From Candidatus Latescibacterota bacterium (GTDB lineage Bacteria > Krumholzibacteriota > Krumholzibacteriia > WVZY01): DNA of 64,000 nt. The notes below the pieces were generated by a model. It searched no databases. It had not been told where the DNA came from and was given only the letters and a program-made list of their open reading frames with translations. Where the stretch lies: the NCBI GenBank assembly GCA_963791045.1, contig CAWBQK010000006.1, positions 320,001 to 384,000 of the forward strand, written 5' to 3'. Positions 10,454 through 20,473 of the stretch are shown in pieces; within the stretch, counting starts at the first letter, position 1, and the number at the start of each line of letters is the position of its first letter. A program made the translations under genes and the position numbers.

Positions 10454-11416
10454 GTGTCGCGTTTTTTCCGCCCATACGTCGGGAGTTCGACCGTGCCCAC
10501 GATGACCCGCTGCCGGATCGCGAGTGACGTTGACTATCTCTCCAAGCTTGAGTTGGAAGAAGTAGCGCAACGGCTCAAGGAAGAGGCGCCAAAGCTTTCG
10601 GTCGAACAAGTTGTTTCGGAAGACGAAAAATCCGGCGCCGGCAGTCGCGACACACCGAATTCGCCGTCGCGTGTCGCCGGTTTGATGACGGGATTGCTCG
10701 AAGAACAATTCGATGCAATTGTTGTCAACGCCGCTTACCTGCCTTCGAGACTTCCAGCGGGTTTGACCCTCGGTGCGATCACCAACCGGCTCACACCTTT
10801 TGATGTTTTGATATCCGAATCCGAGCGTCTTCTCGACGAATTGGTTTCGAACGCCGTCGTCGTGGCGAACGACGCTCGCCGCGAAGCGCAGCTCTTGTAC
10901 TATCGGCCGGATCTCAAGATCGTTAAATCAAGAGGCAGCGTCGATTCGATCATCCAGAAGGTGAAAAACGAGAAGATCGATGGAGCCGTTCTGGCCGCCA
11001 GCGATGTAGAGCGGCTTCACAAACAGGATCATGTTGTCGAGTTTCTTACTTGTTCTATTTGTATTCCCGCGGCCGGCCAGGGTTCACTGGCTGTTCTCGT
11101 ACGGTCGGACGAGGACCTGGTCAAGAAAGCCATCCACGGGATCAATCACCCCGCTTCTTATGGTGAAATCATCGCCGAATGGGCCTTCCTCGATCATCTC
11201 AAAGTGACCGAGAACATGCCGGTGGGCGTCCTCGGAAGCATCGAGGGCAAGGCGCTCGAGCTCGAAGGGATGGTCGCGTCGGCGGATGGTCGCGAGAGAA
11301 TCCATTCGGTCGTCAAGGGGTCGGTTGGGCACGAGGTCGAATTGGGACAGAAACTTGCGCAAGAGGTTCTCGAAGCGGGTGGACAAGAGTTATTGCGCGA
11401 GATGAACCTCCATTGA
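10454..11416 (+). CDS. hemC: HemC (porphobilinogen deaminase)-fold protein lacking catalytic Asp and cofactor Cys
   Basis: LPAGLTLGAI, RREAQL, RGSV, PAAGQGSL, LEGMVASADG, LGQKLAQEVLEAGG follow HemC along its length; active-site motifs substituted. Confidence 0.8.
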   Translation: MSRFFRPYVGSSTVPTMTRCRIASDVDYLSKLELEEVAQRLKEEAPKLSVEQVVSEDEKSGAGSRDTPNSPSRVAGLMTGLLEEQFDAIVVNAAYLPSRLPAGLTLGAITNRLTPFDVLISESERLLDELVSNAVVVANDARREAQLLYYRPDLKIVKSRGSVDSIIQKVKNEKIDGAVLAASDVERLHKQDHVVEFLTCSICIPAAGQGSLAVLVRSDEDLVKKAIHGINHPASYGEIIAEWAFLDHLKVTENMPVGVLGSIEGKALELEGMVASADGRERIHSVVKGSVGHEVELGQKLAQEVLEAGGQELLREMNLH

Positions 11417-11447
11417 TTCCCCTTACATTCCCAGGAGAAAAATAAAA

Positions 11448-12716
11448 GTGTTGGACCGCCGTCTAATTCGCGATGCCCCGGAACGGGTTATCGAGGGAGT
11501 TAAGTCCAAAAACGTTGATGTGGATATCGACAAAGTGATTGCTCTCGACCGTCGGCTTCTCGACAACATGCGGGAGAGCGAAGAACTCAAACACGAGAGA
11601 AACGTGAAGAGCGAAGAGGTTGGGGCGAAGAAAAGGGCGGGGGAGAATGCAGATGAGCTTCACGCATACCTGAAGGAGCTTTCCCGGAAGATCAAGGATT
11701 TCGAGGCAAAAGACAAAGAGATTACCGCGGAACTGGAAGCCTTGCTTCTTACGATTCCCAATCTACCGCACGAGAGCGTGCCTGTTGGCATGGACGAGAC
11801 GGGCAATGTCGTCCGCCGCGAATGGGGGGAATTGAAAGAAGAGATTTTTGAAGTCAAACCGCACTGGGAGATCGGGGAACAGCTCGGTATTCTCGATCTC
11901 GAGGCCGGGCGAAAAATATCCGGGCGCGGCTTTATCGTTTTTCGGCGGGATGGTGCGCGGTTGTGCCGGGCGCTGATCAATTTGATGCTCGATGTTCATG
12001 GAAAGCAGGGGTACGACGAGGTGCTCGTGCCTTATCTCGTCAATCGCGATTCGATGATTGGAACCGGACAGCTTCCCAAAATGAAAGAGGACATGTACCA
12101 TTGCGAGATCGACGACCTCTTTCTGGTTCCCACGGCCGAGGTGCCCGTGACAAACATCGACCGTGACAATTCCTTTCCGGTGGATGATTTGCCGGCCAGG
12201 TATACGGCGTACAGTCCGTGTTTTCGCCGGGAGGCGGGGAGCCACGGTGCGGACACGCGAGGCCTTCTCCGTGTCCACCAGTTCGACAAGGTGGAGATGG
12301 TCAAGATCGTGTACCCCGATAGTTCGTACGATGAACTCGAGACGTTGACGAGAGATGCCTGCGAAATAATTGAGCTGCTCGGACTCCCGTACCGGGTTCT
12401 CGAGCTTTGCTCGGGGGATCTTAGCTTTGCGGCGGCGAAATGTTATGATCTCGAAGTGTACGCGCCGGGTGTGGCGAAGTGGCTCGAAGTGTCGTCGTGC
12501 AGCAACTTTGAGGATTTCCAGGCGCGGCGCACAAATATAAAAATCAAGAAAACAAAGGGTGAAAAACACCGGTTCGTCCATACGCTCAACGGGTCCGGTC
12601 TCGCTTTGCCGCGAATCGTTGCCGCCATTCTGGAACATCACCAAACACCAACCGGAAGAATACGGTTGCCCCAGGCGCTGATTCCATATATGGGCGGTCA
12701 GGAATTTCTGGGCTGA
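11448..12716 (+). CDS. serS: Serine--tRNA ligase
   Basis: N-terminal coiled coil, IPNLPH, GTGQLPK, PTAEVP, FRREAGSHG, RVHQF, EVSSCSN, TLNGSGLA. Confidence 0.97.
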   Translation: MLDRRLIRDAPERVIEGVKSKNVDVDIDKVIALDRRLLDNMRESEELKHERNVKSEEVGAKKRAGENADELHAYLKELSRKIKDFEAKDKEITAELEALLLTIPNLPHESVPVGMDETGNVVRREWGELKEEIFEVKPHWEIGEQLGILDLEAGRKISGRGFIVFRRDGARLCRALINLMLDVHGKQGYDEVLVPYLVNRDSMIGTGQLPKMKEDMYHCEIDDLFLVPTAEVPVTNIDRDNSFPVDDLPARYTAYSPCFRREAGSHGADTRGLLRVHQFDKVEMVKIVYPDSSYDELETLTRDACEIIELLGLPYRVLELCSGDLSFAAAKCYDLEVYAPGVAKWLEVSSCSNFEDFQARRTNIKIKKTKGEKHRFVHTLNGSGLALPRIVAAILEHHQTPTGRIRLPQALIPYMGGQEFLG

Positions 12717-12740
12717 TACGACCAATTCAGAATCGGTACA

Positions 12741-13997
12741 ATGGGTCTTTTTTCGGATTACCGGGGAAACATACGCTTCTGGCTCAAGAGCTACCTCTTC
12801 CTGGGCGTAGCGCTCTTGATCCTGCTAGTGCTGCTCTATACAAACCGGGTTATCCAGCGTATGGAAGAGCAGTCGCAGGCAACCACCCGCCTCTTTTCGC
12901 GATTTATTGCCGAGGTGGTTCTCCAGGTCGATGATACCGGCAAGGAAAACATCCTCCAGGATGTTCTCGCGGAAATCAAACTTCCTATCATACTCACCGA
13001 CGCCGAAGGTCGCCCGTTCGCGTGGCACCGCGTGGGAATTCCGGAGCCGGCCGATGACGAGTTCGAATCTCTCTTTTTGATAGACCCCGAGAATCCGCCA
13101 CCGGGAAATATAAGCGATCTTATCGAACTCACACACAAGTTCGATTCGGCGAACGAGCCGATCCCGGTTAGTTTTGGCCCCGAGGGCGCCGTACAGGCAT
13201 ACGTCCACTTTGGCCCGTCGCGGCTGCAGAATGAGCTTCGGTTGATGCCGTTCATTCAGCTGGCGCTCTTCCTTGTTTTTATGGCAGTTGGGCTCCAGGG
13301 ATTCCGGTACCTCAAGTTGAGCGAACAGCGTTCGATTTGGGTCGGCATGGCCAAAGAGACCGCCCACCAGCTCGGAACTCCGCTTTCGGCGCTTCTCGGA
13401 TGGACCCATCTGATAAAAGATCAGGTGAGTGAAAACCGCACCGATGCCATCGCGGCATCGGTCGAAGAGATGGAAGAGGATCTAAAACGGCTGAGCAAGG
13501 TCACCGAACGTTTTAGCAAGATCGGTTCGCGCCCCGAGCTCAACAACGTAAGTGTCTCCGAAGTTCTCGACCGCACGGCTGAGTATTTTCACCGGAGACT
13601 TCCAACGCTTAAAGCTGATTCCACCCTGTCATTGAATCTCGAAGAAACACCGTTGATTCGAGGAAATGCGGAGCTTCTCGAATGGGTCTTCGAGAATCTT
13701 ATAAAGAACGGGCTCGACGCGCTCGGAGACAAAGGCGGCGGAATCGAAATTAGCACCCGTTACGATCCCGATCGAAAAAAAGTCGACGTGTTCGTCAAGG
13801 ATTCCGGTAAAGGTGTTCCCGCCTCTCATCGGGAACGTATCTTCTCGCCCGGGTTTACAACAAAGAAGAGGGGGTGGGGTTTGGGGCTGGCGCTGACGCG
13901 CCGGATCGTCGAGGAATATCACGGTGGAGATCTGCGGCTTGCCGAGTCCCAGCCGGGGAAGGGAAGCACGTTTCTCGTCCGGTTCCCGATCGCGTAG
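12741..13997 (+). CDS. Membrane sensor histidine kinase
   Basis: Two TM helices; H-box KETAHQLGTPLS, N-box ENLIKNGLDA, DSGKG, FTTK, GWGLGL. Confidence 0.93.
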   Translation: MGLFSDYRGNIRFWLKSYLFLGVALLILLVLLYTNRVIQRMEEQSQATTRLFSRFIAEVVLQVDDTGKENILQDVLAEIKLPIILTDAEGRPFAWHRVGIPEPADDEFESLFLIDPENPPPGNISDLIELTHKFDSANEPIPVSFGPEGAVQAYVHFGPSRLQNELRLMPFIQLALFLVFMAVGLQGFRYLKLSEQRSIWVGMAKETAHQLGTPLSALLGWTHLIKDQVSENRTDAIAASVEEMEEDLKRLSKVTERFSKIGSRPELNNVSVSEVLDRTAEYFHRRLPTLKADSTLSLNLEETPLIRGNAELLEWVFENLIKNGLDALGDKGGGIEISTRYDPDRKKVDVFVKDSGKGVPASHRERIFSPGFTTKKRGWGLGLALTRRIVEEYHGGDLRLAESQPGKGSTFLVRFPIA

Positions 13998-14101
13998 CAA
14001 TACCCGGTTAAAATACGGTATCCTCCTTCCCCGCGGCACCTTATATTGTCATCAGTCAGAGTTGTCGTGCGGCTTCAGCACAAATACAAAAAGGAAACAA
14101 A

Positions 14102-15652
14102 TTGGCGCAACAGCATATATTGTGGGTCGACGACGAGATCGAACTCCTCAAATCACATATTCGCTATCTCGAGGGCAAGGGCTATCGGGTGAGCACAGCG
14201 GCCAACGGAGAGGATGCGATCCGGCTTGTTGGAAGCGAGAAGTTCGACATCCTCTTGCTCGACGAGTCCATGCCCGGCAAGGGCGGTCTGGAGACGCTAA
14301 CGGAGATCAAGGATCTCGACCCCGGTCTCCAGGTCGTGATGATTACCAAGAATGAAGCCGAACAACTGATGGATGACGCGATCGGCATGCAGATCGCGGA
14401 CTATCTTCTCAAGCCGGTCAACCCGATGCAGATCCATTCGGCGTGCAAGCGGATTCTCGACTCGCACCGGCTCCAGGAAGATCGGTTTTCACAAGACTAT
14501 GTCAAAGAGTTCACCAACATCCATTCGCTCATCGAAGACGATTCGTGGGAGAGCTGGGTGACGATCCATTCCAAATTGAGCCGGTGGGATCTCGAGTTCG
14601 ATAGATTTCGCGACAGCGGGCTCGAAGACACGCACGACGACCAGAAGCAACAGACGAGCATGCACTTCAGCCGGTTCATCGAGAAACACTACCGCGATTG
14701 GGTCGCCTCCGAGGATCGCCCGCCGCTGAGTGTGGATATTTTTAAGAATTTTGTCGCGCCACAGATGAAGCAGAACGACAACGTGATGTTTATCGTCATC
14801 GACTGCGTGCGGCTCGACCAGTGGTTTATTATCGAGGAGATCCTCAGGGACGAATTCGATATCCGCAGAGATTACTACGTTTCGATTCTTCCCACCGCAA
14901 CGCCCTATTCACGCAACGCAATATTCAGCGGGCTTTTCCCCGACGAAATCGCGCGAAAGTATCCGCAGAGGTGGCTCGAGCGGTCAAAGGATGAAATCAG
15001 CAAAAACCGTTTCGAAGAATACTTTCTCGGCGAACAGATGAAGCGCCACGGATTCGACGCCACCAAAATGAAGTATTCGAAGATCTACGCCGTTCAGGAA
15101 GCCAACGAGTTGAAAAAGAAGGTGGACGCGCTGGTGTCGCTTCCGTTCAACGCGATGGTTTTCAACGTTGTCGACATTCTCACTCACGGACGAAATCAGT
15201 CGGAAATCCTCCAGCAAATCGCGCCGGATGAATCGGCGTTCCGGTCCGTGGTTCGTTCGTGGTTTTCACATTCGGTCTTGCTCGAAATTCTCAGGGCGTG
15301 TGCCCGCAAAAAAGTCCCTGTTGTAATGACCACCGACCATGGGTCGATTCTTGGACGCCGTGCGAGTCTCGTCTACGGCCGTCGTGACACGTCGACCAAC
15401 CTCCGGTATAAATTCGGCGACAATCTCAAGTGCGACGAGAAACAGGCGATCGTGACCCGCAAACCGGGCGAGTATCGTTTGCCGGCCGAATCAAAAACAA
15501 AAACCTATCTCTTTGCCAAAGAGTATTTTTATTTTGTTTACCCGACGAATTTCCGCGATTATGAGAAGCATTATCAGGGCAGTTTTCAACACGGGGGTGT
15601 ATCCCTCGAAGAGATGATTCTCCCTTGTTTAACCCTGACGCCAAAATCCTGA
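14102..15652 (+). CDS. porX: PorX-like response regulator (REC + PglZ/alkaline-phosphatase domain)
   Basis: ILWVDDE, LLDESMPG, KP; IDCVRLDQW, LPTATPYSRNAIFSG, VDILTHG, TTDHG, FQHGGVSLEEM; followed by tsaE. Confidence 0.9.
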   Translation: MAQQHILWVDDEIELLKSHIRYLEGKGYRVSTAANGEDAIRLVGSEKFDILLLDESMPGKGGLETLTEIKDLDPGLQVVMITKNEAEQLMDDAIGMQIADYLLKPVNPMQIHSACKRILDSHRLQEDRFSQDYVKEFTNIHSLIEDDSWESWVTIHSKLSRWDLEFDRFRDSGLEDTHDDQKQQTSMHFSRFIEKHYRDWVASEDRPPLSVDIFKNFVAPQMKQNDNVMFIVIDCVRLDQWFIIEEILRDEFDIRRDYYVSILPTATPYSRNAIFSGLFPDEIARKYPQRWLERSKDEISKNRFEEYFLGEQMKRHGFDATKMKYSKIYAVQEANELKKKVDALVSLPFNAMVFNVVDILTHGRNQSEILQQIAPDESAFRSVVRSWFSHSVLLEILRACARKKVPVVMTTDHGSILGRRASLVYGRRDTSTNLRYKFGDNLKCDEKQAIVTRKPGEYRLPAESKTKTYLFAKEYFYFVYPTNFRDYEKHYQGSFQHGGVSLEEMILPCLTLTPKS

Positions 15653-15661
15653 CAGCAAAAA

Positions 15662-16126
15662 ATGCGAACCGAGAATATAGTCATCCAAACTACATCGGAA
15701 TCCGCGACCACGGATCTGGGCGCGGCGCTGGGCCGCCGGATCGAGGGGGGCGTGTGCATTTGTCTCGTCGGTTCTCTTGGCGTCGGCAAGTCCGTGTTCG
15801 TGCGCGGCCTGTGCAGGGGATTGGATGTGCGTGAAGATGTGCTCAGCCCGACGTTTATTTTGTTCGAGGAGTACGCGGGGAGACTGCCGGTCATCCACCT
15901 CGATTTGTACAGACTCGAGCACGAGAGCGACATCGAAGAGCTCGGTGTTTTTGACCGGATTGGTGACGGTTCGGTGGTGGTTGTGGAGTGGGGGGAGCGT
16001 TCGGAGTATATTTTTGATGTGTCCGATGTCGTTTTGACCCTGGAGATCACCGGCGAGAACGCTCGCAAGATAAGCGTCAGTTGCGGCAGCGAACACGCGT
16101 ATTTATTCGAAGGACTAAAGCCTTGA
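15662..16126 (+). CDS. tsaE: t6A biosynthesis ATPase TsaE
   Basis: GSLGVGKS, SPTF, HLDLYRL, VVEWGE. Confidence 0.95.
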   Translation: MRTENIVIQTTSESATTDLGAALGRRIEGGVCICLVGSLGVGKSVFVRGLCRGLDVREDVLSPTFILFEEYAGRLPVIHLDLYRLEHESDIEELGVFDRIGDGSVVVVEWGERSEYIFDVSDVVLTLEITGENARKISVSCGSEHAYLFEGLKP

Positions 16127-16851
16127 AGATTCTTGCCGTCGATACATCTCAACCCGTCGGAAGTGTCGCGCTTTCCAGCGACGGCGACCATGTCGGCAGT
16201 GTCCGGCTCGGGAGTTCCGAATCGCATCTCGTGGAACTCGGGCGATCGATAGATGGGCTCTTGAAAACGGGGGGCATCGCGATTACCTCCATCGACAGAG
16301 TGGCCGTCGTCACGGGGCCGGGGAGTTTTACCGGTCTTCGAATCGGAATGGCGTACGTCAAGGGGCTCCACGCGGCCCTGCGGATGGATCTGGTCGGGAT
16401 AACGAGCCTCGAACTGCTCGCCCGCCAGATGGGGTCGGTGGGGAAGTCCGTCGTGCCGATGATCGATGCCCGCAAAGATGAAGTGTACGTGTCGTATTAC
16501 GAGTCCCGCGAAGGCACGGGAGAGGCTGCCGACCGGGGATCCAGGCTCGAAGAAAAAATCCCGGCTCGCGCCGTCGCTCCCGCCGAGTTTATCGCGGGTC
16601 TCGATGTCCGCCCGACGGTATTTGTCGGCTCGGGTGCTGTGAGATACGCCGGGGAGATTGAAAAGGTTTTTGGCGAATTCGCCGCCGGGCCGGCGGATGG
16701 GAAGCACGAACCCGATACGGCTCTTTTGTGCTGTATCGCCGCGGAATTGGAACCGCTCGACCCCGATGCCATTGAAGCTCTGGAACCGTTCTACGTCCGG
16801 CCGACCGACGCTAAGCTAAAACCACTCAAAGGGTTACACGCGCATGACTAG
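16123..16851 (+). CDS. tsaB: t6A biosynthesis protein TsaB
   Basis: ILAVDTS, GPGSFTGLRIG, IDARKDEVY, LEPFYVR; TTG overlapping tsaE stop. Confidence 0.95.
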   Translation: MKILAVDTSQPVGSVALSSDGDHVGSVRLGSSESHLVELGRSIDGLLKTGGIAITSIDRVAVVTGPGSFTGLRIGMAYVKGLHAALRMDLVGITSLELLARQMGSVGKSVVPMIDARKDEVYVSYYESREGTGEAADRGSRLEEKIPARAVAPAEFIAGLDVRPTVFVGSGAVRYAGEIEKVFGEFAAGPADGKHEPDTALLCCIAAELEPLDPDAIEALEPFYVRPTDAKLKPLKGLHAHD

Positions 16852-17356
16852 GGTGGACATAATCCCGATGGAGATGGGACATCTCGACGAGATACTCACG
16901 ATCGAGGAGATCGTTTTTCCCACACCATGGACGCGGGGGATGTTCGAGCAGGAGATCATGCGGCGCGAAGTCCTCCAGGGCCCCGGTTCCTACGCCGTGG
17001 TTGCGATTCACGAGGGCGAGGTCATCGCCTACTCGATTGCTTGGATGCTTCTCGATGAAGCACACCTTGTCAATATCGCCGTCCGGCCGGATCACCAGGA
17101 ACACGGTGTCGGCACACTGCTCGTCAATCACTTGATCGACGAAGCATGCCGCACCGACAAAATCATCATTACACTCGAAGTCCGCGAGAGCAACCTCTCC
17201 GCCCAGGCGTTTTACCGAGGGTTTCTTTTTCGGGAGATCGGTGTCCGGAGGAGGTACTACTCGGACAACCGCGAAAACGCCGTTCTCATGATCCTCGATC
17301 TCAACCCCATAATTGAGCGGAGGCGACTTGGCACCGGCAGATCCGAAGAAGACTGA
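16844..17356 (+). CDS. rimI: Ribosomal-protein-alanine N-acetyltransferase
   Basis: FPTPW, EAHLVNIAV, LEVRESN, RRRYY..ENA. Confidence 0.92.
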   Translation: MTRVDIIPMEMGHLDEILTIEEIVFPTPWTRGMFEQEIMRREVLQGPGSYAVVAIHEGEVIAYSIAWMLLDEAHLVNIAVRPDHQEHGVGTLLVNHLIDEACRTDKIIITLEVRESNLSAQAFYRGFLFREIGVRRRYYSDNRENAVLMILDLNPIIERRRLGTGRSEED

Positions 17357-18167
17357 TCCATCGGTTTTCGATGGCGTCACAACGGGGATCGTTCTCGGAA
17401 GCGGACTTTTTGGCGTCGGCGAAACTTATCCCGCCCGCGTCGTAATTCCATTCGAGGACGTCGAAGGTCTTGACTCGCCCGGTGTTCCCGGTCACGCGGG
17501 GGAGTTCCGGTTGTGCGATGTGGCGGGCCGGCCATGCCTGTTTGTGTGTGGCCGAAAACACTACTATGAGGGCGGCGCCGACGCCATAGAATCGCTTCTC
17601 CGGTTCGTCCGCGATTGCGGTGTCAGGAGGCTGCTTCTCACATCCGCCGCGGGCAGCGTGATCAAATCGATCCGTCCTGGCGAGCTGGTTCTTGTCGATG
17701 ACATTCTCGATTTTCAGTTTCGCGTCCCCGTGCGCGCCGGAATCGGAAATGCCGTGTCTGCGGCGGCGAGACCCGGAACCCACCGGCCGCTGACGCCCGA
17801 CGCCAGACTCGGCGAGGAAGTCCGGAATGCGGCGTCCTCCGCGCGCGTCCGCCTGGCGCGTGGCAACGCGGTAACCTGCGCGGGGCCCATGTATGAGAGT
17901 CCGGTCGAGATACGGATGATTCAGCAGATGGGAGCGGCGTTGGTGACCATGTCCGGCGCGCCGGAGATTGCCCTGGCAAGTGAACTGGGGATTCGCGCGG
18001 TCATGATCGGGCTTGTGACCAATTGGGCGTCGGGGATATCGGGGGTTCGGCTTCACCATAAAGATGTGCTGGGGAAGGCGGAGGCGGCCGTGAGTGAACT
18101 CCGGCAACTTGTTGAAAAATTTGTCGCACAGGGGCCCCCGTCGGGGGTCCGGCCAGGGAGCGGGTAA
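17328..18167 (+). CDS. punA: Purine nucleoside phosphorylase (trimeric PNP/MTAP family)
   Basis: GIVLGSG, VPGHAG, GRKHYYEG, GPMYES, MSGAPE, VTNWA; start uncertain. Confidence 0.85.
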   Translation: MAPADPKKTDPSVFDGVTTGIVLGSGLFGVGETYPARVVIPFEDVEGLDSPGVPGHAGEFRLCDVAGRPCLFVCGRKHYYEGGADAIESLLRFVRDCGVRRLLLTSAAGSVIKSIRPGELVLVDDILDFQFRVPVRAGIGNAVSAAARPGTHRPLTPDARLGEEVRNAASSARVRLARGNAVTCAGPMYESPVEIRMIQQMGAALVTMSGAPEIALASELGIRAVMIGLVTNWASGISGVRLHHKDVLGKAEAAVSELRQLVEKFVAQGPPSGVRPGSG

Positions 18168-18252
18168 TTTGTAGTTGTGGGATAACCTCCCAGAGAGTAT
18201 AGTTTTCCCGAGTTGGGATGAACCCGTATTTTATTGCGAGGGGCTCTGCCAA

Positions 18253-19152
18253 ATGTCCTGGTTCAAACGCGCAAAAAAGAGTGTGAAGGTCGCGCAGAAG
18301 AAATCACTCCCGGATGGTCTGTGGCGTAAGTGTGATTTCTGTAGCGAGATTCTTTACACCAAGGAACTCGAGAAACGGCTGTGGGTGTGCTCGAAGTGCG
18401 GTTATCACTTCATGATAGACACCGATCAGTACATCGAGATCCTGTGTGATCCCGACTCGTTTGCCGAGACCCACATGGGACTGCTCTCCGGTGACCCCCT
18501 CAAATTCAAGGATATCAAGCGTTACGATCAGCGTCTCAAAGACGCGATCAAGAAAACGGGCCGCGAAGACGCGGTTATCACGGGCATGGCCCGGATCGAC
18601 GGTCGCACCGTGGCCATATCGATTATGGATTTCTCGTTCATGGGTGGAAGCATGGGGTCGGTGGTCGGCGAGAAAATCGCGCGGTCGATATTCGATGGTG
18701 TTGAACAGGGTTGCCCGGTCATTATTGTCTGTCGTTCCGGCGGCGCGAGAATGCAGGAGTCGATCCTCTCTCTCATGCAGATGGCAAAAACGTGCGCCGC
18801 TCTTTCGAGACTTGCAGAAGAACGGTTGCCCTTTATTTCGATCCTTACAAACCCGACCACGGGGGGCGTGACGGCGAGTTTTGCCAGCCTCGGCGATGTT
18901 ATCATCGCCGAACCCAAGGCTCTCGTCGGTTTTGCCGGCCCCCGGGTTATCGAGCAGACGATCAAACAGGAACTCCCGGAGGGTTTCCAGCGCAGCGAGT
19001 TCCTGCTGGACCATGGCATGGTCGACGTTGTCTGCTCCCGCGAGAATCTCCGGCAAACACTCGAAGTGCTTCTGCCATTCCTGGAGGTACGGATCGCGGA
19101 AACCACACACGAGGCGGAGAAAGATGAGGAGGACTCCTCCGCTGTATCTTGA
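18253..19152 (+). CDS. accD: Acetyl-CoA carboxylase carboxyltransferase beta subunit
   Basis: LWRKCDFC...CSKC Zn ribbon, FMGGSMGSVVGEK, SGGARMQE, PTTGGVTASFA. Confidence 0.97.
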   Translation: MSWFKRAKKSVKVAQKKSLPDGLWRKCDFCSEILYTKELEKRLWVCSKCGYHFMIDTDQYIEILCDPDSFAETHMGLLSGDPLKFKDIKRYDQRLKDAIKKTGREDAVITGMARIDGRTVAISIMDFSFMGGSMGSVVGEKIARSIFDGVEQGCPVIIVCRSGGARMQESILSLMQMAKTCAALSRLAEERLPFISILTNPTTGGVTASFASLGDVIIAEPKALVGFAGPRVIEQTIKQELPEGFQRSEFLLDHGMVDVVCSRENLRQTLEVLLPFLEVRIAETTHEAEKDEEDSSAVS

Positions 19153-20473
19153 ACCACGCCGCCCATTACCCCCCCATCTTTCCTTCGTGCTGGGGTTATC
19201 CCCGTCGGCCATGACCCTGGGGCTTGGGAACATGCTTCGGTTGCTCGAAGCTCTCGGTAATCCCGAAAAGAATTTCAAATCAATCATCATAGCCGGAACA
19301 AACGGCAAGGGATCGGTGTCGGCATACCTCGCCTCTATTCTCAAGGCTAATGGCGAACTAGTCGGCTGGTACAGCTCACCGCATGTTTATTCGGTGAACG
19401 AACGAATATCCATCGACGGCGCGCCCGCGGATCTCGATGACATGGAACGGGCGGCCGCCGCGATTGCCCCTCTTCACGATGAAATCGGATACAGCTATTT
19501 CGAGGCGTTGACTGCGATTGCTTATCAGCTTTTTGCCGAGAAAAATGTCGATATCGCGGTTCTGGAGACCGGTCTGGGCGGGCGCTTCGATGCGACGAAT
19601 GTTGTCGAACCGGAAGTGTCGGTGTTGACGGGGATCGCGCTCGATCATCGGAGGATCCTCGGGGATACCGTGGAAGAAATATTGATGGAGAAACTCGGGA
19701 TCACGCGGCCGGGCATCCCTCTGGTGTGCGGCAAACTTACTCCCGGCCTTCGCGAGATCGTCGAATCACGGGCGGAGCGCGATGGAATCCCGCTTCCGGA
19801 CGCCGGAGCGGTAACCCTCGGCGAGATGTCGATCGACGGGATGAGCGCGCGAATAGTCACGCCGGTTCGGGACTATGGGCAAGTCGAATTACCTTTTATC
19901 GGAAGTCACCAGCTGGGCAACGGACTCATCGCCGTTCGCGCGGCGGAAATCGTGCTCGGCGGGGCCGTCGAGCTTGGGGCTGCGGCGTCGCTTGTGAGAA
20001 TGCCAGGGCGGTTCGAAGTCCACAAAATCGGCGAAAAGAGGCTCGTGTTTGATGTCGCGCACAACGATCAATCCTTGATTGCCACAACCACCACACTTGC
20101 GTCATTGTCACCACGTGAAGAGAACGGTATTATTCTCGGGATTATGCGGCGCAAAGAGCTGAGGGAATTCCTCCCCGAGCTCCCGAAGGCCGCGCGGTAT
20201 CTCTGGCTCATCGACCCTCTTGCCGACGAGGCGGTCGAAGTGCGGGAGGCGAGAAGCGCCGCCGAACTCCTCGGCAAGATCGGGGTGGAAAAGGTGGTAA
20301 ACCGCCGTATGGATATCGTGCTCGACAACAGTTTGCTGGATTCGGATTCGTGGGCTCGTTTTATCGATCGGTTGTTGTCCCCCGGGCACCCCGCGCGGGT
20401 GCTGCTCGTGACCGGCTCGCACAAGACGGTCGAGGTGTTTGGACGAGAGCTTCATCGACTGGGGTTGTATTGA
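19124..20473 (+). CDS. folC: Folylpolyglutamate synthase / dihydrofolate synthase
   Basis: AGTNGKGS, YSSPH..NERI, ETGLGGRFDATN, LDH..ILG, PGRFE, DVAHN; follows accD. Confidence 0.92.
   Translation: MRRTPPLYLEPRRPLPPHLSFVLGLSPSAMTLGLGNMLRLLEALGNPEKNFKSIIIAGTNGKGSVSAYLASILKANGELVGWYSSPHVYSVNERISIDGAPADLDDMERAAAAIAPLHDEIGYSYFEALTAIAYQLFAEKNVDIAVLETGLGGRFDATNVVEPEVSVLTGIALDHRRILGDTVEEILMEKLGITRPGIPLVCGKLTPGLREIVESRAERDGIPLPDAGAVTLGEMSIDGMSARIVTPVRDYGQVELPFIGSHQLGNGLIAVRAAEIVLGGAVELGAAASLVRMPGRFEVHKIGEKRLVFDVAHNDQSLIATTTTLASLSPREENGIILGIMRRKELREFLPELPKAARYLWLIDPLADEAVEVREARSAAELLGKIGVEKVVNRRMDIVLDNSLLDSDSWARFIDRLLSPGHPARVLLVTGSHKTVEVFGRELHRLGLY

Noticed and set aside
14102-15652. PglZ domain as a sign of a BREX defence system
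   Set aside because: It is the REC-fused PorX type in a housekeeping context with no brx genes
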